64,000 bases of DNA, from the NCBI RefSeq assembly GCF_018977255.1, contig NW_024704743.1, positions 110,858,001-110,922,000 on the forward strand. The letters run 5' to 3'. Below are positions 36,478-49,236 of the stretch, piece by piece (position 1 is the stretch's first letter; every line of letters begins with the position of its first letter). The notes under the pieces were generated by a model. The model made no database searches and was not told the DNA's origin. It worked only from the letters and a program-made list of their open reading frames with translations. The DNA comes from Callorhinchus milii. Lineage: Eukaryota. A program made the position numbers and the translations under genes.

Positions 36478-38144
36478 CTGCAAAGAATAAAAGCTGACTA
36501 ATATAAAAGATCTGGCTCTTGTATATTTTGTGTCAATTGTAAAATGCTGTAACAATTTAGCTATTTGGATAATATGAGCCAAGTCTGCCCCACAGTTAAC
36601 TGACTAACACAGAGGGTTTGAACCATAGTGGCAATGATTTAGGAAACTTTGCTTTCAGGAATTTAGCCCAGATCCCTGAATTTAACCCACTTGTTCCAAT
36701 GGAGCCTTTCATACCTTGGAAGATTCATCCAAGGAAATACAAAGTGAGCCACTAAATCCATTAGGATGATGTTCCCGAGAGGAATTGGTTATTTTATTGC
36801 ATTGTGTACATACACAATTGCAGGAATTACTGGATACTGGGCGCAGTGCTAAACTGGAGGTTTGCCACATGCACCAGATTTCAATATCCTTGCATAGAGG
36901 TCTATGCTCGTCAGGAGGATTGCCTCAGAGTAATCAGACATTCACAATAGGCTGTATTTCTAAGGTTGGAAGTAGGTTTCAAACCCCTAGAAACTATGAT
37001 CTCAAAAGCTATGAGCAGATGAAGCAAAACTTTTGAGAGCTTTGATTATCAAGAAGGACCCAAGTAATTTTTTGCAAATCCTTAAACTGGGTAACAGCAT
37101 TCAGACAAACAATTCAACTTGAAATGATCCACTGGAGGCTGTGTCTCAATCACGTGAGGAAAGAAAGGATATAGATTTCAGCAAATACATTTAAGGCTAA
37201 TTTGCATGTTGAAGATCTGTACTTTTGTTTTCAAAAAGTAGGAATTATAAAAATTCAGAGACTTAAGTCTGCATAGTGCTTCTCCCCCCAAAATTGCACA
37301 TTATGAAAAGGGGCAGATTTTATGATCATGGGGCTAAGTTAAATTCCTCTGCATTTTGCTAATGGTCCCTAAGCACTGAACAAAACACCACTTTCTAAAC
37401 ATATTTTCCATATGATGCCTGGGCCAGGGTGGGAGGGAGAGAGAGAGTTCAAATACTTGTACTTGTTTGCTTCCATTAAAAAAATCATTTTGCTTAAGTT
37501 TTTTTAAAAAACGATCGTCTTCTGGGATCAGCCACAACATAGTTTACAGAAATCAAAGAAACGGTATAACAATATAAAATTACATTTGTAAAGGGCCTTT
37601 CTCATCGGGAAGATGTCCCAAGGTGCTGGGACAACTAATATGCGATATGCCGAAAACCAACTTTGTTGTTTTGACATGATGTTCTATGCTAGACCAAAAT
37701 AATATCTGATGGAGGGAGAGGCAGAAGAAAGTAATCTAGGCTCCATCAATGGCATTGTGGGTATATCTGATATGTGTAATGCAATGCAGAATCATATATT
37801 AAGATATCCAGATTCAGTCCTTTGTTTGGAGCACCAAAAGACACGACCCCTGGCTAGACAAGCTAAAACTCCTATCTCTCCAGTGATCCCTGCCAGAAAC
37901 GGTGTCCGGATGCCAGGGGGAGGCCAGGATCAGAATTAGGCTCAGTTGTGATGACTCCAACATTCAAACAGAATGGCGACACTCACTGACCTCACTGACA
38001 CACGAAGAGCATCTACCTGGGTAAAAATTGTAAATCTGCACAAGTTTCAAAAGAGGAATGATGGAAAACTAATAAACAATTTACACCATCATTTCTTGTG
38101 TTATCTACTTTGCATGCATTTCTTAACCAGGACAGGTAACATAC

Positions 38145-39123
38145 CTGTATATGTTGCAGAATCAATCGGAATTTCATGCAACCCCTCCTCAGAGAATGCC
38201 ATAGGAGGCTGGATCATCAGGCCATCCTCAATGCCCTCCTCAGACTTTGGTGCAACATTATACACAACTCTTCTGGTTATGTGGTTTTTCCTTCGTCCGC
38301 TTCGAGGCGCAGTCTGCTGCATCATCAATTTCCCCAAATTACCCCACGAGAAAGCTGGATTCTGATCTTGAGGTAGTCCTAGCTGTATATCTTTTCCAAC
38401 ATACTCCGAAAAGTTATCTTGATTCCAGGTCGAATCATTCGTCTGGTAGCACTCATTTTGGTCCATTAGTGAACCCATATCCAGACTGTAGCCCTCCATT
38501 TCATATTTGTTTCTTTCTTCGTGCAGGCCTCCTATGGCAGAGTTATTCATTGAACCTGATGACTTGATTACCCAAAGACTACTGGGCTCTGCCTTCAGTG
38601 TGGCTGCTTTGTCATTTCTGTAGGTCCTGTTGGAGGCCTTTACCTTCTCATGTTGTACGATTAATTTCTCTGCCGCATTAGATTTTGTACTGATGTTTAA
38701 CGCATCCTTTATGAAACCACGGCAACCCTGAACAATCTCTGTCATTTGTAGGTAGCTTGCAACAGACATAACCTCAATTACATTCTGGCTAGTTAAAACC
38801 AGGTGCCCAGAGTACATGAAATCAAGAATGACTGTGAAACCTTGCACCGCAACTACATCGAGGTGTGTAACTGTGACCTGGTCACAGCTTTCATTTGGAG
38901 TACAGCAATACAGAGTCTTAAAGTAACGGCTGCCTGCAACCAATATGTTTTTGTGGGCTTTGAAAACCTGTCCTTTCACCACTATGTTGACATCGCACAG
39001 AATGCCTTGCTGCCGCTGCTCATTCAGCTCCTGAAGCAGTTGATAGCAATAGGAATTCTCATTTCTATCACTTTTGTACTCGGTGTATATCTCATCTATG
39101 GATCTGGATGTGCCATCAGACTC
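38145..39123 (-). CDS. ZBTB10: ZBTB10 coding exon 2 (BTB/POZ domain and linker)
   Basis: Acceptor TTTTGCAG|GAG at 39123. Encodes NENSYCYQLLQELNEQRQQGILCDVNIVVKGQVFKAHKNILVAGSRYFKTLYC...VASYLQM. Donor ACAG|GTATGT after 38145; 979 nt, ends in phase 1. Confidence 0.95.
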
Positions 39124-39694
39124 CTGCAAAATAATACCATAAAGTATTAGATAAACATAAATTTAAGTATCATGTACTACTCTCCCACATTTATTTTTCT
39201 CCAAATCAGTCTGAGCATGCAAATGACAATGGAACACTTGTCAATTTTCCACCAGCACACCTCTCAAGATCGGATAATATATGGTTTACATGCTGAATTG
39301 AGTGAGCTCATTCCACACCCAAAATACATCCCATCTCCAACAAAACTGCACTCCACCAGATCAATATTACTCTATTTTTCAAGCCATCCTTGTTGCCTTT
39401 CAGAGGGATTTTCCTCACCAGCCAGATTATGACTTGTATTATATATTTGAAGCCAATCAAGAATTGGCTCAAGACTTTCTGAACCAATTCAGATAGAAGA
39501 ATTGCTGTCATCCCAATAAATCTTAGCTAGATTAAAATCAAGAGTGCCCAAAAGAGGAAGGTTAGTGTATTAATTCAATATTACAGCCATTTCTTCCCGA
39601 TTCCTCCTAAAATTCACTATTTTATAACCACAGCTCACTGCAACAAAGTGATTGAGCTGGGGAAATAAACAAAAGGAAAAATGGTGATAATAAA

Positions 39695-40047
39695 CCATAA
39701 TTCATGCATTTGATATAACACCTGCAGATGTAATGACAGCATATGTGTAGACAAACGTGGCAACAAATTTGTGCACAACAACATCCCACAAACAGCCATG
39801 ACGTGAATGACTAATTTATAGTATTGTTGGCCAGAATTTTGGGAGAAAGTCACTCCACTTTGAATAGTGCTGTGGGATCTTTAAAATCTACTTGAAACAA
39901 GTAGATAGGCCCTCGGTTTAACGTCTCATCCTCTGACAACATAGCACTCCTCAGTATTGCATTGGAGGGTCAATTTAGACAAGTTCCAATGTTGAGCTTG
40001 AACCATTACCATCCGACTCACAGGCAAGCGTGCTATCAGCTGAGTCA
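39695..40047 (-). mobile_element. Older Deu-domain SINE
   Basis: CCCTCGGTTTAACGTCTCATCC and GTGCTGTGGGATCTTTAA on the plus strand. Related fragments at 6545-6790 and 12720-12803. Confidence 0.72.
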
Positions 40048-40239
40048 AGTAAGAAGATTGCACAGCAAAGGAAGATAGAAACTAGCTTAATTTCTTACCA
40101 TTTATCCCAAAACATCCACCAAACAAACATTTTATTACTCCATGTATCAGTTTTCATGCCAGTTTCATCTAATTCAGTAATCTTACTTCAACCAAAGAAG
40201 GTAAAATCCTGAAATATTCAGCTAAATGGTATCTAACTA

Positions 40240-40817
40240 GACCATGCCTTTGTCACCTCCCTGTTGGACTATTCAAACGCCCTCCTCGCCGGTCTCCCAT
40301 CCACTACCATCCATAAAATCCAACTCATTCAGAACTCTCCCGCCCGCATTCTCACCTGCACGAAACTCCGCTCCCCGATCACCCCAGTCCTTGCCAGACT
40401 GCACTGGCTGCCTATCCCAGAGAGGATCGATTTTCAAGTACCTCACCCTCATATTCAAGTCCTGTATTTCTCTGCACCCCCCTAGCTCTCTGACCTCCTC
40501 TCTCCTCAAAACAGTACCCGTTGCCTTCGTTCCTCCGGATCTGGCCTCCTCCTTGTTCCCTGAGTCCTCCGCTCAACCCTTGGCGGCCGTGCCTTCAGCC
40601 ACTATGCCCCGAGGCTCTGGAACTGCCTACCTCACTCCCTTCGTCTCGCTCTCTCCTTTCCCATTTTCAGGTCTCTGCTGAAGACCTTTCTTTTTGACCG
40701 CGCCTTTGGTCACCTTCCCCCCCCTCCCCCTGGCTCGGTCCTGGGATCCTAAACTATAAAGTGCTCTGAAACGCCGTCTGGTGTGGAGGGCCCTATATAA
40801 ATCTAAGTTGTTGTTGT
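40240..40817 (+). mobile_element. L2 3' fragment (third tail variant)
   Basis: [30 protein letters not shown]; (TTG)n end. Confidence 0.85.
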
Positions 40818-41529
40818 AGACTTGAGATGACATTTGTGGATGCAGGCACCAATGTATTGCTTATGTTTGTTTACAATCTATTACCAACTTGAAAAAGCTA
40901 TGAAAAAAAAGGCCCCCAAATTCCACTTGAGCTTGACATATTATCCAAGTTACAGTACTTTAAATAATTAGTTAAACTACACTAGGGACTGTTTCCCCAC
41001 CTCACTCAGTTTTCTGTGAGATACTGACATGTTAGGATTTAAATGCCACTAACCCCATCCATGACTAGCCGACAGGTGCTTATCAAGTAGAGTGGACTAG
41101 GCCGCAGTGTACCCAACCAATTCCTAATACCCAAATGTTAAGTGCCTCACTATAAAATAGCATGCCACTTAAACAGCTTTGCTGAACACTGAACACACAC
41201 ACACACACACAGATATATCCAACTGCTCATTGCTTTGCAGTCAGCTAAGTGTATTGCTCCAGCTAAACCACCTACCAAAGTGTATTTATAAGGGGTACTC
41301 TTGGAACTATAGAACCATTAAAAAAAGTGTATGATATTCAAGAAAATTGGTGTACATGCAAGTGTATTACAAAACCTCCCACTTCTATGCAGATCTTTCA
41401 CATAACAGTGAACAAAACGTGAAAAATTAAATCAAAAATAATTTACTGAGAAACTGGTCCCCAAGCACTACAATTCTTAAAAGATCTCATGAAACTATTC
41501 AAAAAGAGAAACGAGTCGCTCAATCCCAA

Positions 41530-41710
41530 CAATCCCCCAAATAAAATTGGTCACTCATTCCATAGCTATTTGTGACATTGCTGTGCACAAAACTGCAGTG
41601 TGCTTTGCCCACAAAATACAGTCAATCCACTTTACAGTACTCAAGAGCTTGAGAAGTCTTGACAATGTGACAAGGGGCTATATCAAATGCAAGGATAATT
41701 GTATTATGAT
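41530..41710 (+). mobile_element. Degenerate 5'-truncated SINE
   Basis: AAATTGGTCACTC..GACATTGCTGTGCACAAA..TATCAAATGCAAGGAT. A similar copy lies at 30870-31035. Confidence 0.7.
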
Positions 41711-43147
41711 TTTTTTTGAATAGATTCAGCTGTATTCCTGTTCAAAGTGCGATTGGGTAAATTATTTTCAAATAATTTAATTTACTCACTTATATTTTAA
41801 AATGGCAATCAGATTTTGCATATGCAGTCTTGATTTTTAACCTCACCTTTCTAATTTAGAATTTTTATTTATAAATAGGTCACTGCATTTTGTTCTATAG
41901 GCCTCATTTCCATCTTGATTTTAAACTATAGTTTCTCTTTTCTGGGTTTATGTTCACTGTTACTGTAGTGTTCTGTTGTGTGATGCACTTTTGTCCAAGG
42001 TGGGGGTGGGGTGTGAGCTATAGCTGCACAGCTGACTCGTGCTTGAAAACAACCATCTGAAGCCATTAGTGGATTAGAGGGAAGCCTCTATAAACAAGGT
42101 TGGACAGCTCCACTCTAATGTTCTACAGATTGCACTGAGACAATCTGCCAAAAACATACTTCAATTCCAGGTGTATTATTCTCCCACTCAAACAGTAACC
42201 AGCGTTTCCCTATACTCTGCTGTTCTTGACAAAGTTAACCACTTGTATTTATATAGCACCTTCCATGTAAAGGAAGGGGTTTGAAGCACTCTACAACTGA
42301 GATTAATTTGAAATGAAGTGAATGAATGTTATTTATGTAAGTTAATTGGCTTCTCATATTGTTCGTAGGGTGCACCAGCTAATTTGTGTCAGGCACTTCC
42401 TACGAACAAAAGAGAGGCCAATTAATTTAAAAAATGGGGGTAACTTTGGCTAGCTAGAGAATTTATGCTGTGACAAATGGGAGAAACGTCCTTAACAATA
42501 GGGGGAGGGGGAGAGAGATGTATCCTTGTTATTGTAACAGCACTGTAAAACAAACTAGTCTAAAAAGTTGTCAAAACGTACAGCCATCAAACTCACATAC
42601 TGGTCTCCATTGACTATCATCCTGACAAGAAAGCTTAATAAGGAAAATGTACAAAATCAAACCCCAAAAAGGAATATTATATAAGACAATACTATTGAAC
42701 ACTCTCCTGAGTATCTGTCTAATCATAGTTCTTTTTGCCAATATAGCAACTGAGAGCAGAAATTTGGCACAACTATGCAACGGAATGCACCACCATCTGA
42801 ATCCCTATGAGTAGAATTGTAGGAACACACAAATGGAGGATATATATCCATTGATAAAGTACAGATTGTCATGGAGGTGGTATTATTACCTAGCCTGCCA
42901 GTGACTAGAGTCAGGGATCTTCGAGTAAGGACGACAAAACCAGTATTCATTTGCATTAAAGAGTGAATACGGAAGAGTCAAAAAGTTCAATTAAGAGTTC
43001 TGCTTGTCTCAAACGCTCAATATTTATTGATTAGGCTTGCTAATGATACATCATGCAGGATTTGTGGTTGTCCAATCCCATAGATACACATCATAGCAGG
43101 TCAAATATGTCCATACCTTATGATTTTCTTTCAAAGTGCATGATCAG

Positions 43148-43350
43148 TTGAGACCATCTGCAATGCCGGACATGTGGCAAGGAGATCGGTTGAAATTAGT
43201 TGCAAAACAAGACGTATGCCACGAGATTGAAAAATCAGTTCCCAATTTTTCTAAATAGGGCCCCAATTCTATTCTTAATCCCACCCCAAATTGAGGCCAT
43301 CTGCAATACATATGTGTGGCAAGGAGATCGGTTGAAATCAATTGCAAAAC
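43148..43350. repeat. ~60-bp imperfect direct repeat, two copies 143 bp apart
   Basis: TTGAG.CCATCTGCAAT...TGTGGCAAGGAGATCGGTTGAAAT.A.TTGCAAAAC at 43148-43208 and 43291-43350. Confidence 0.85.
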
Positions 43351-44497
43351 TGTCTAAGTGGGCCCGAATTCCATTCTTTACCCCGCCACAAGATAAATGT
43401 ACAAATACAGCACAAGTTCTTTAAATGCATTGAAGTAGTAAAAGACTTATAATTGAAGGGTCTGGAAAAAATGGTTGCAATACTCTTTCAAAGCAATAAA
43501 GGATTTACTGTACTGTATTTTCAAACAAAAGCACCTTTTTTTAAATTATCAGATTGTTTTAAGACCATCAATAATGTGATCATTTAAGTTCCCTCTATTT
43601 CTGCTGACTGATAGTTTTATTTATCCAAGATTAATGGAATCCATAAGGTGCAATAGCTTGAACAAGTTCTGAGGTTCAGTGAGAAGGAGTGATCATCATC
43701 AACAACAACAAAATTACATTTATAGAGCACCTTTCACGTCGGGAGGACGTCCCAGGAGGACATAGGCTGCAGTGGATTTATTAATCCCAAGTGTGCTTCA
43801 GCATCAATTGTTTACGACAGCTTCCTCATTCTTCGACTCACTCTTCGAAGCTACATCTCTGAATCACTGTTCAAACAATTTTTTAAAATTTCTTTTTAAA
43901 AAAGTCCCAAAGGTTTTTTGCAAATGGGTTACCACATCCAGACATGACCAAGCTTGTCAGAACTGTTGAGAACTCCTCCAGTGGTAGCACTGATCAGAAA
44001 TTGGTCTGATCATGACACTGTGCTATTCTTCAGACTTGTGGTTGTCAGTTGTTAGAATGTTTTGAATTTGGAGGCAGCTAATTTAATGTAACTCCTCTCC
44101 AATTGAGTGGGAAGGCATGAAAGGCAGGAAAAAAAATGTATGCGGTATTTTGAACTTAAAATTAGAACAGAATATGTAAGAAACAAAAGTAAAATAACAG
44201 GGTGGGAAATTAAGTTTTTCAAATTAAAGAAGGTTTTAAAGAAATGACTCATGAGATTAGAGATATTATTCTGATATTTGTGTTTGTTTTAATTTTAGTG
44301 TCTGTATGCGTTAATTTTTTTTAAATAAAAGTCTGGCATTGACTATAAAATAAGATTTAAATTTGATATAGCATCTTTCATGTCAGAAGGATGTCTCAAA
44401 GCGTTTCACAGGATAGATTATAAACTGTAATAACTACAGTAAACCGCTATATCGTCACTTCAAGGAAAAAAGGGCTCAGTGATTGTAGATCCAGGGT

Positions 44498-45262
44498 AAC
44501 AACAACAACAACAACAAAATGACATTTATAGAGCACCTTTCACGTCGGGAGGATGTCCCAAAGCGCTGAACAGTCAGATGTCAGGGCCCAAGCAGGGGGG
44601 AGAAGTGGTGTAGGGGTGAGGGAACGCAGAGAGGTGGGAGGGAGACCAAAGGCACGGGCGAAGAGAAGGGCCTTGAGACCGGCCTTGAAGGAGCCAAGGG
44701 AGGAAGCGAGGTGAAGGGACCGTGGGATGGAGTTCCAGAGTGTGGGGGTAGAGAGGCTGAAAGCCCAGCCACCGATGGTAGGGTGGGTCGGGTGGGAGAC
44801 ATGGAGCAGGCTGGAGCCTGATGAGCGGAGGGAGCGGGCAGGTTGGTAGGGATTCAGCAGGTCAGAGAGGTAGGAGGGGGCAAGGCCATGGATGGCCTTA
44901 AAGGTGAGGACGAGGATCTTGAACTGGGGGATGGAGAGCCAGTGGATTCGGGCGAGGGTGGGAGTGATGGGGTCACAGAGCCTGGTGCGTGACAGTACAC
45001 GAGCTGCCGAGTTTTGGATGATCTGCAGCTTGTGAAGGGAAGAGTTGGGAAGGCCGATGAGGAGGGAGTTCCTAATCGAGCCTTGAGGTGACGAATGCAT
45101 GGGTGAGGGTTTCGGCAGCCTGAGAGGTGAGGCAGTGGCGGAGTCTGGCAATATTGCGCAGGTGGTGGTAGGCAGTGCCGGTCATGACGCAGATGTGGGG
45201 GAGAAAGGACAGTTCAGGTCAAACAAGACAACAGGTTCCTGACTGGCTTAGTGAGGTTGAGT
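44498..45262 (-). mobile_element. 5'-truncated L2 LINE
   Basis: HKLQIIQNSAARVLSRTRL..LARIHWL..FKILVLTFKAIHGLAP; tail hairpin; (TTG)n. Confidence 0.9.
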
Positions 45263-48200
45263 GTATATAATATAAGCACGAGTCCTCTGGAGCATTAAGT
45301 ACAGTAGGAGCACAAGTTTATGTATATGCGTATGTGTCTTTAAAAAACTTTTTGTTCATTTTGCTCACTCGGACTTTAACGATCAGGCAGAACCTCACAG
45401 AAGACAAGATCTAAAATTTCTTCTCTGAGTATTGCCACAACAGTCAAAACAACATACCACGCGGATGGCTGAAGGCAACCTTTCCCGCGGTACCAGGCTG
45501 CTCATCACGAGTTTGCTCAGCGGCCTGGCAATGTATCCTCGCACAAGGCTGTTCATCCTGGCTGAGTAGTGCAGGTGAGTTCAGTCCAATAATATATGCG
45601 ATATTTTACTTAGTAGGATGCACAAAATGCGACATTATACGTTATAAGCAAGTGATGAAGTAAAAGGGGTCCCTTATTTACATTTTGCATGGTATAAGCC
45701 ATGTATTATCAGGAGTTCACTGTATTTTGTAGAACACAGCAGCAATATGCACTTAGCAATGTCACATGACGCACGCACCCACCCACCCACACAGACTATT
45801 GACTAAAGGTTGTTATCTGGAGAGAAAAAAAAGGTAATTACTGTAGTAGGTATTCATCAAACTGAAGTAACACCACAAAGCAGAAGTAAAGCAAACTATG
45901 AAACAAGGAAGTTTAAAAATCTGCACAGGTCTTTAACAGATTTCTTGCACCATCACGTAAGTCAATGGTGACCAACCTGTGTCCCACTGAGTCGTCAGGA
46001 AGTAGCCTTACCAAACATTCGCACAAGTCTAGGTAAGTCTGTGTTTGATCAATTGTGTTTCTTCAGTTTTTTCTTGATTGAATATTTCATGATTTATGAC
46101 ATAAATCAAGAAATATTCAATCAAAAAAATTATTTTGTTAGCAGACCAAAACGGTTGGCCACCACTGACCTAAGCCATCTTCAGTTCTTAAAATAAAAGA
46201 CAGCTGAATACCACATCCAACATTGTGACCTCCAACTCCCACTTCCCTCAGATTACAGGAAAGTAACAATAGATTTACTGAAATCTGATGCCCAATTTTA
46301 TACTTGTAGCAGAAGTGCAATTTGTTTTCTAAATTAAAAAGAATTGTGATTAGTTGTGTCAAATGATGACCCAAATGAGCTTAGCACATGCATCTGTGGA
46401 TTTATACGGTTAAGAATTTAGACACTGCTGAACAAGATTATACACTATACTAAGATTATTATACAGTAAAACAATCCTTAGGGTACTCCAGTAAAAAGAA
46501 AAGTAGAAATTGTTTACTATACACAAAGCCAGAAGATTACAAGAGATATTGCTTTTGGCTAGTTTTGTGGACTTCCTCTTTAAGGGAAGTGGGAGTAGTA
46601 GAAATAACTTATTTTGTAATGCCAAAGATTACGATTTCAAACCTGCATAAACCTACGGCAATTTTGCCAATATGGGCTGTTAAAGAAACAGCAGCAATAA
46701 ATCAGAACCATAAAAGTTACGGAAAGCCGGATTAAGTTAATGCTTAACACAGCAAAGAATGTCTGTACAGACTATCGAAAAAGACAATCTCAAATACACA
46801 AAGCATCTTACATTCAATAAATTGAAAAGAATTGAAAATTTTCCGAGTAAACTGGAAAAAATTGAAGTAGACAAAACTGAGGGCCTACAAGGAAAAAAAA
46901 CAAGCTAGCACACTTACATTAATTGCAAAGTAGTTAAAATTTCAACACAGTAACCCCCCCCAAAACACACAGAATTCCGGGGATCCGGAATTCTTACCCA
47001 GACCCATAGTAAAAGCAAGACAATTCACTAATTCAACCTCGTCAAATGTACATTGTCACAATTAAGCTAAATTTATTGCATTTCTTTCAATAAAAATGAT
47101 CTAAAGTAGACAATGAATTTAAAAAAGGATTTCACAAAACAGCTTGCTGCTGATGCTACATTTGTAATTCTGTTGTGCCACATTTGTAATTTTCGGTTGC
47201 GCTTCATTCACCTACGCAATTTCAATAGCTGCACCTTTCCCTTCACTGATAACACTATTCCCAACAAGGAGACCAACCATCCTCCAATCATGCTGATTGA
47301 ATCAATCAATGTGGATATAAGACACCATAAGGTCCAGGTGCAAGCACTACAGCTGTCAGACTGCCAAGGTGGGCATAAGCAGATGACATACAGCGCCATT
47401 ATTTCTTATACAAATGGGTTGTCATTTCTAATACAGATACATAACCATCAAGGTTACCAGTATTTCTTTCGGAAGTCCAAATACTCACCAATTTCCTGAG
47501 CTAAAATCAATACCAGTCGAACTTTATAAAAACATTAAGCTGTTTACATTAGAACATTGATAGCACAATATTCCAATTAAAAAGCAGGGAATTAAAAATA
47601 AGACAGTTTAATGTAGAACAACTCTTTCAATCAGCCTCTCGTCTTCAATGTCAACTTTGTTATAATTCAGTCACTATTCAATATTTATTTGGGTTTGCTG
47701 GGTTTCCAAACAGTTGTTTGGTTGTTCCCTTATAAGTAAAGACAAACTCAAACACCATGCACTGTCTTCACATCAGATGATGTTTATTTCCACTCCTGCA
47801 GATTATCCAGATTCAGCCAGTGCCCTCTCCCACACCAGCCCATAAACCCTGTACTCCCAAGTATTGGCTCCAATCCCCCAGTGGATAAATAGAATATCCT
47901 TTTCTTCACTTTTAAATCTTCCCATGGACTCATCCTAAACTACTTCTGTGACTACTTCTGTGACCTCTTACGGCTATACTGTCCTGGCCACTCTCTCTGC
48001 TCAGCAACATATCAAGCCGCATCATGTTCCCCTGCCAATTTACTGCAGTATCAGTGGACGAGGAGTCTGCTACTCGGTCCCATCATGCCTTTGCAACACT
48101 CCAAAATTTGAGTTGGTGCCCCAGCCAATTTGTATTTTGTATGATGAACAATTATGCACACTATTTTCTCATCTATCGTATACTGTTATCACACACAAAC

Positions 48201-48454
48201 AGTGTTGAATAATTCTTTAAAGGACTGTATAAACCCCAAAACATTTCTTCATGATCAACTATTGACACATTTTAATTTCTACCATAAGCTATCGGGCGAA
48301 CATTAAGTTTCATTCCGAGCATTATTTTCCATTTCTATTTCTGTGAAAGTACTTTATTTTATTACGGCGTTTCATCACATAGATTTATCAAGTCCACAAA
48401 AGAATGGATTTATGGGTTAGCAAGTTTGTAAATATCTCATTATACACTGATAAA

Positions 48455-48815
48455 CAACAATAAATTACATTTGTATAGCGCCTTTCACATCAGGAGGACA
48501 TCCCGAGGCACTGGATTGTCTAGGATCTGCAACCGAGCTGGTGGTTGGGATCAAGAGGGGTGGAGGGTGACTGAAGGCACGGTCGAAGGAGGAGGGTCTT
48601 GAGACGAATCTTGGGAGGAAAGGGAGGGGATGGAACAGAGGAAGGGGGGGGGCAGAGAGGCTGAAGGCCTGCCCGCACACCATTGGCGAGACGGGCAAGG
48701 CGGGGGACGTGAAGCAGGTCGGAGCCCACTGAGCGGACGGAGGGGACAGGTTGGTAGGGGGTTATGAGCTCACAGAGGTAGGGAGGAGCAGGGCTGTGGA
48801 GGGCTTTGAAGGTGA
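48455..48815 (-). mobile_element. L2 3'-end fragment
   Basis: TFKALHSPAPPYLCELITPYQP; tail hairpin. Confidence 0.82.
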
Positions 48816-48924
48816 TATGACCATATTGATACAAAAGGCCAATGACAAAATGAAACAGTTTATGGCCTTAATAACTTTTTAGAAGTTTAAATTATTTTTC
48901 TTCATATCATTTGACCCGCATCGT

Positions 48925-49236
48925 GGAGTCCTGTAGCTCAGTGGTTAGAGCACTCGCTTTGTAAGCGAGAGACCCGAGTTCAATTCCAGGCAGAGGGCGA
49001 AACCTTGGGCAAGTTTCCTTACTCCACACAGAGCCTAATAATAATCCCTCCAAAAACAATAATAAATTGGTCATTTTCAATCTACGACTGTTTGTGGGAC
49101 ATTGCTGTGCGCAATTGGCTGCCGCATTTGCCCACAAATATACAGTCAATTCACTTTACAGTGTTCTGTGAAGCGCTTTGGAACGTCCTCCTGACGTGAA
49201 AAACGCTATATCAAATGCAAGGATTATTATTATTAT
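48925..49236 (+). mobile_element. Full-length tRNA-derived SINE (young subfamily) with probable ATCGTG TSD
   Basis: Near-identical to 16833-17153. ATCGTG at 48920-48925 and 49235-49240. Confidence 0.92.

Noticed and set aside
46972..46993. GAATTCCGG-GGAT-CCGGAATTC (EcoRI/BamHI linker-like palindrome)
   Set aside because: Too short and no vector context; more likely chance or an old transposon end.
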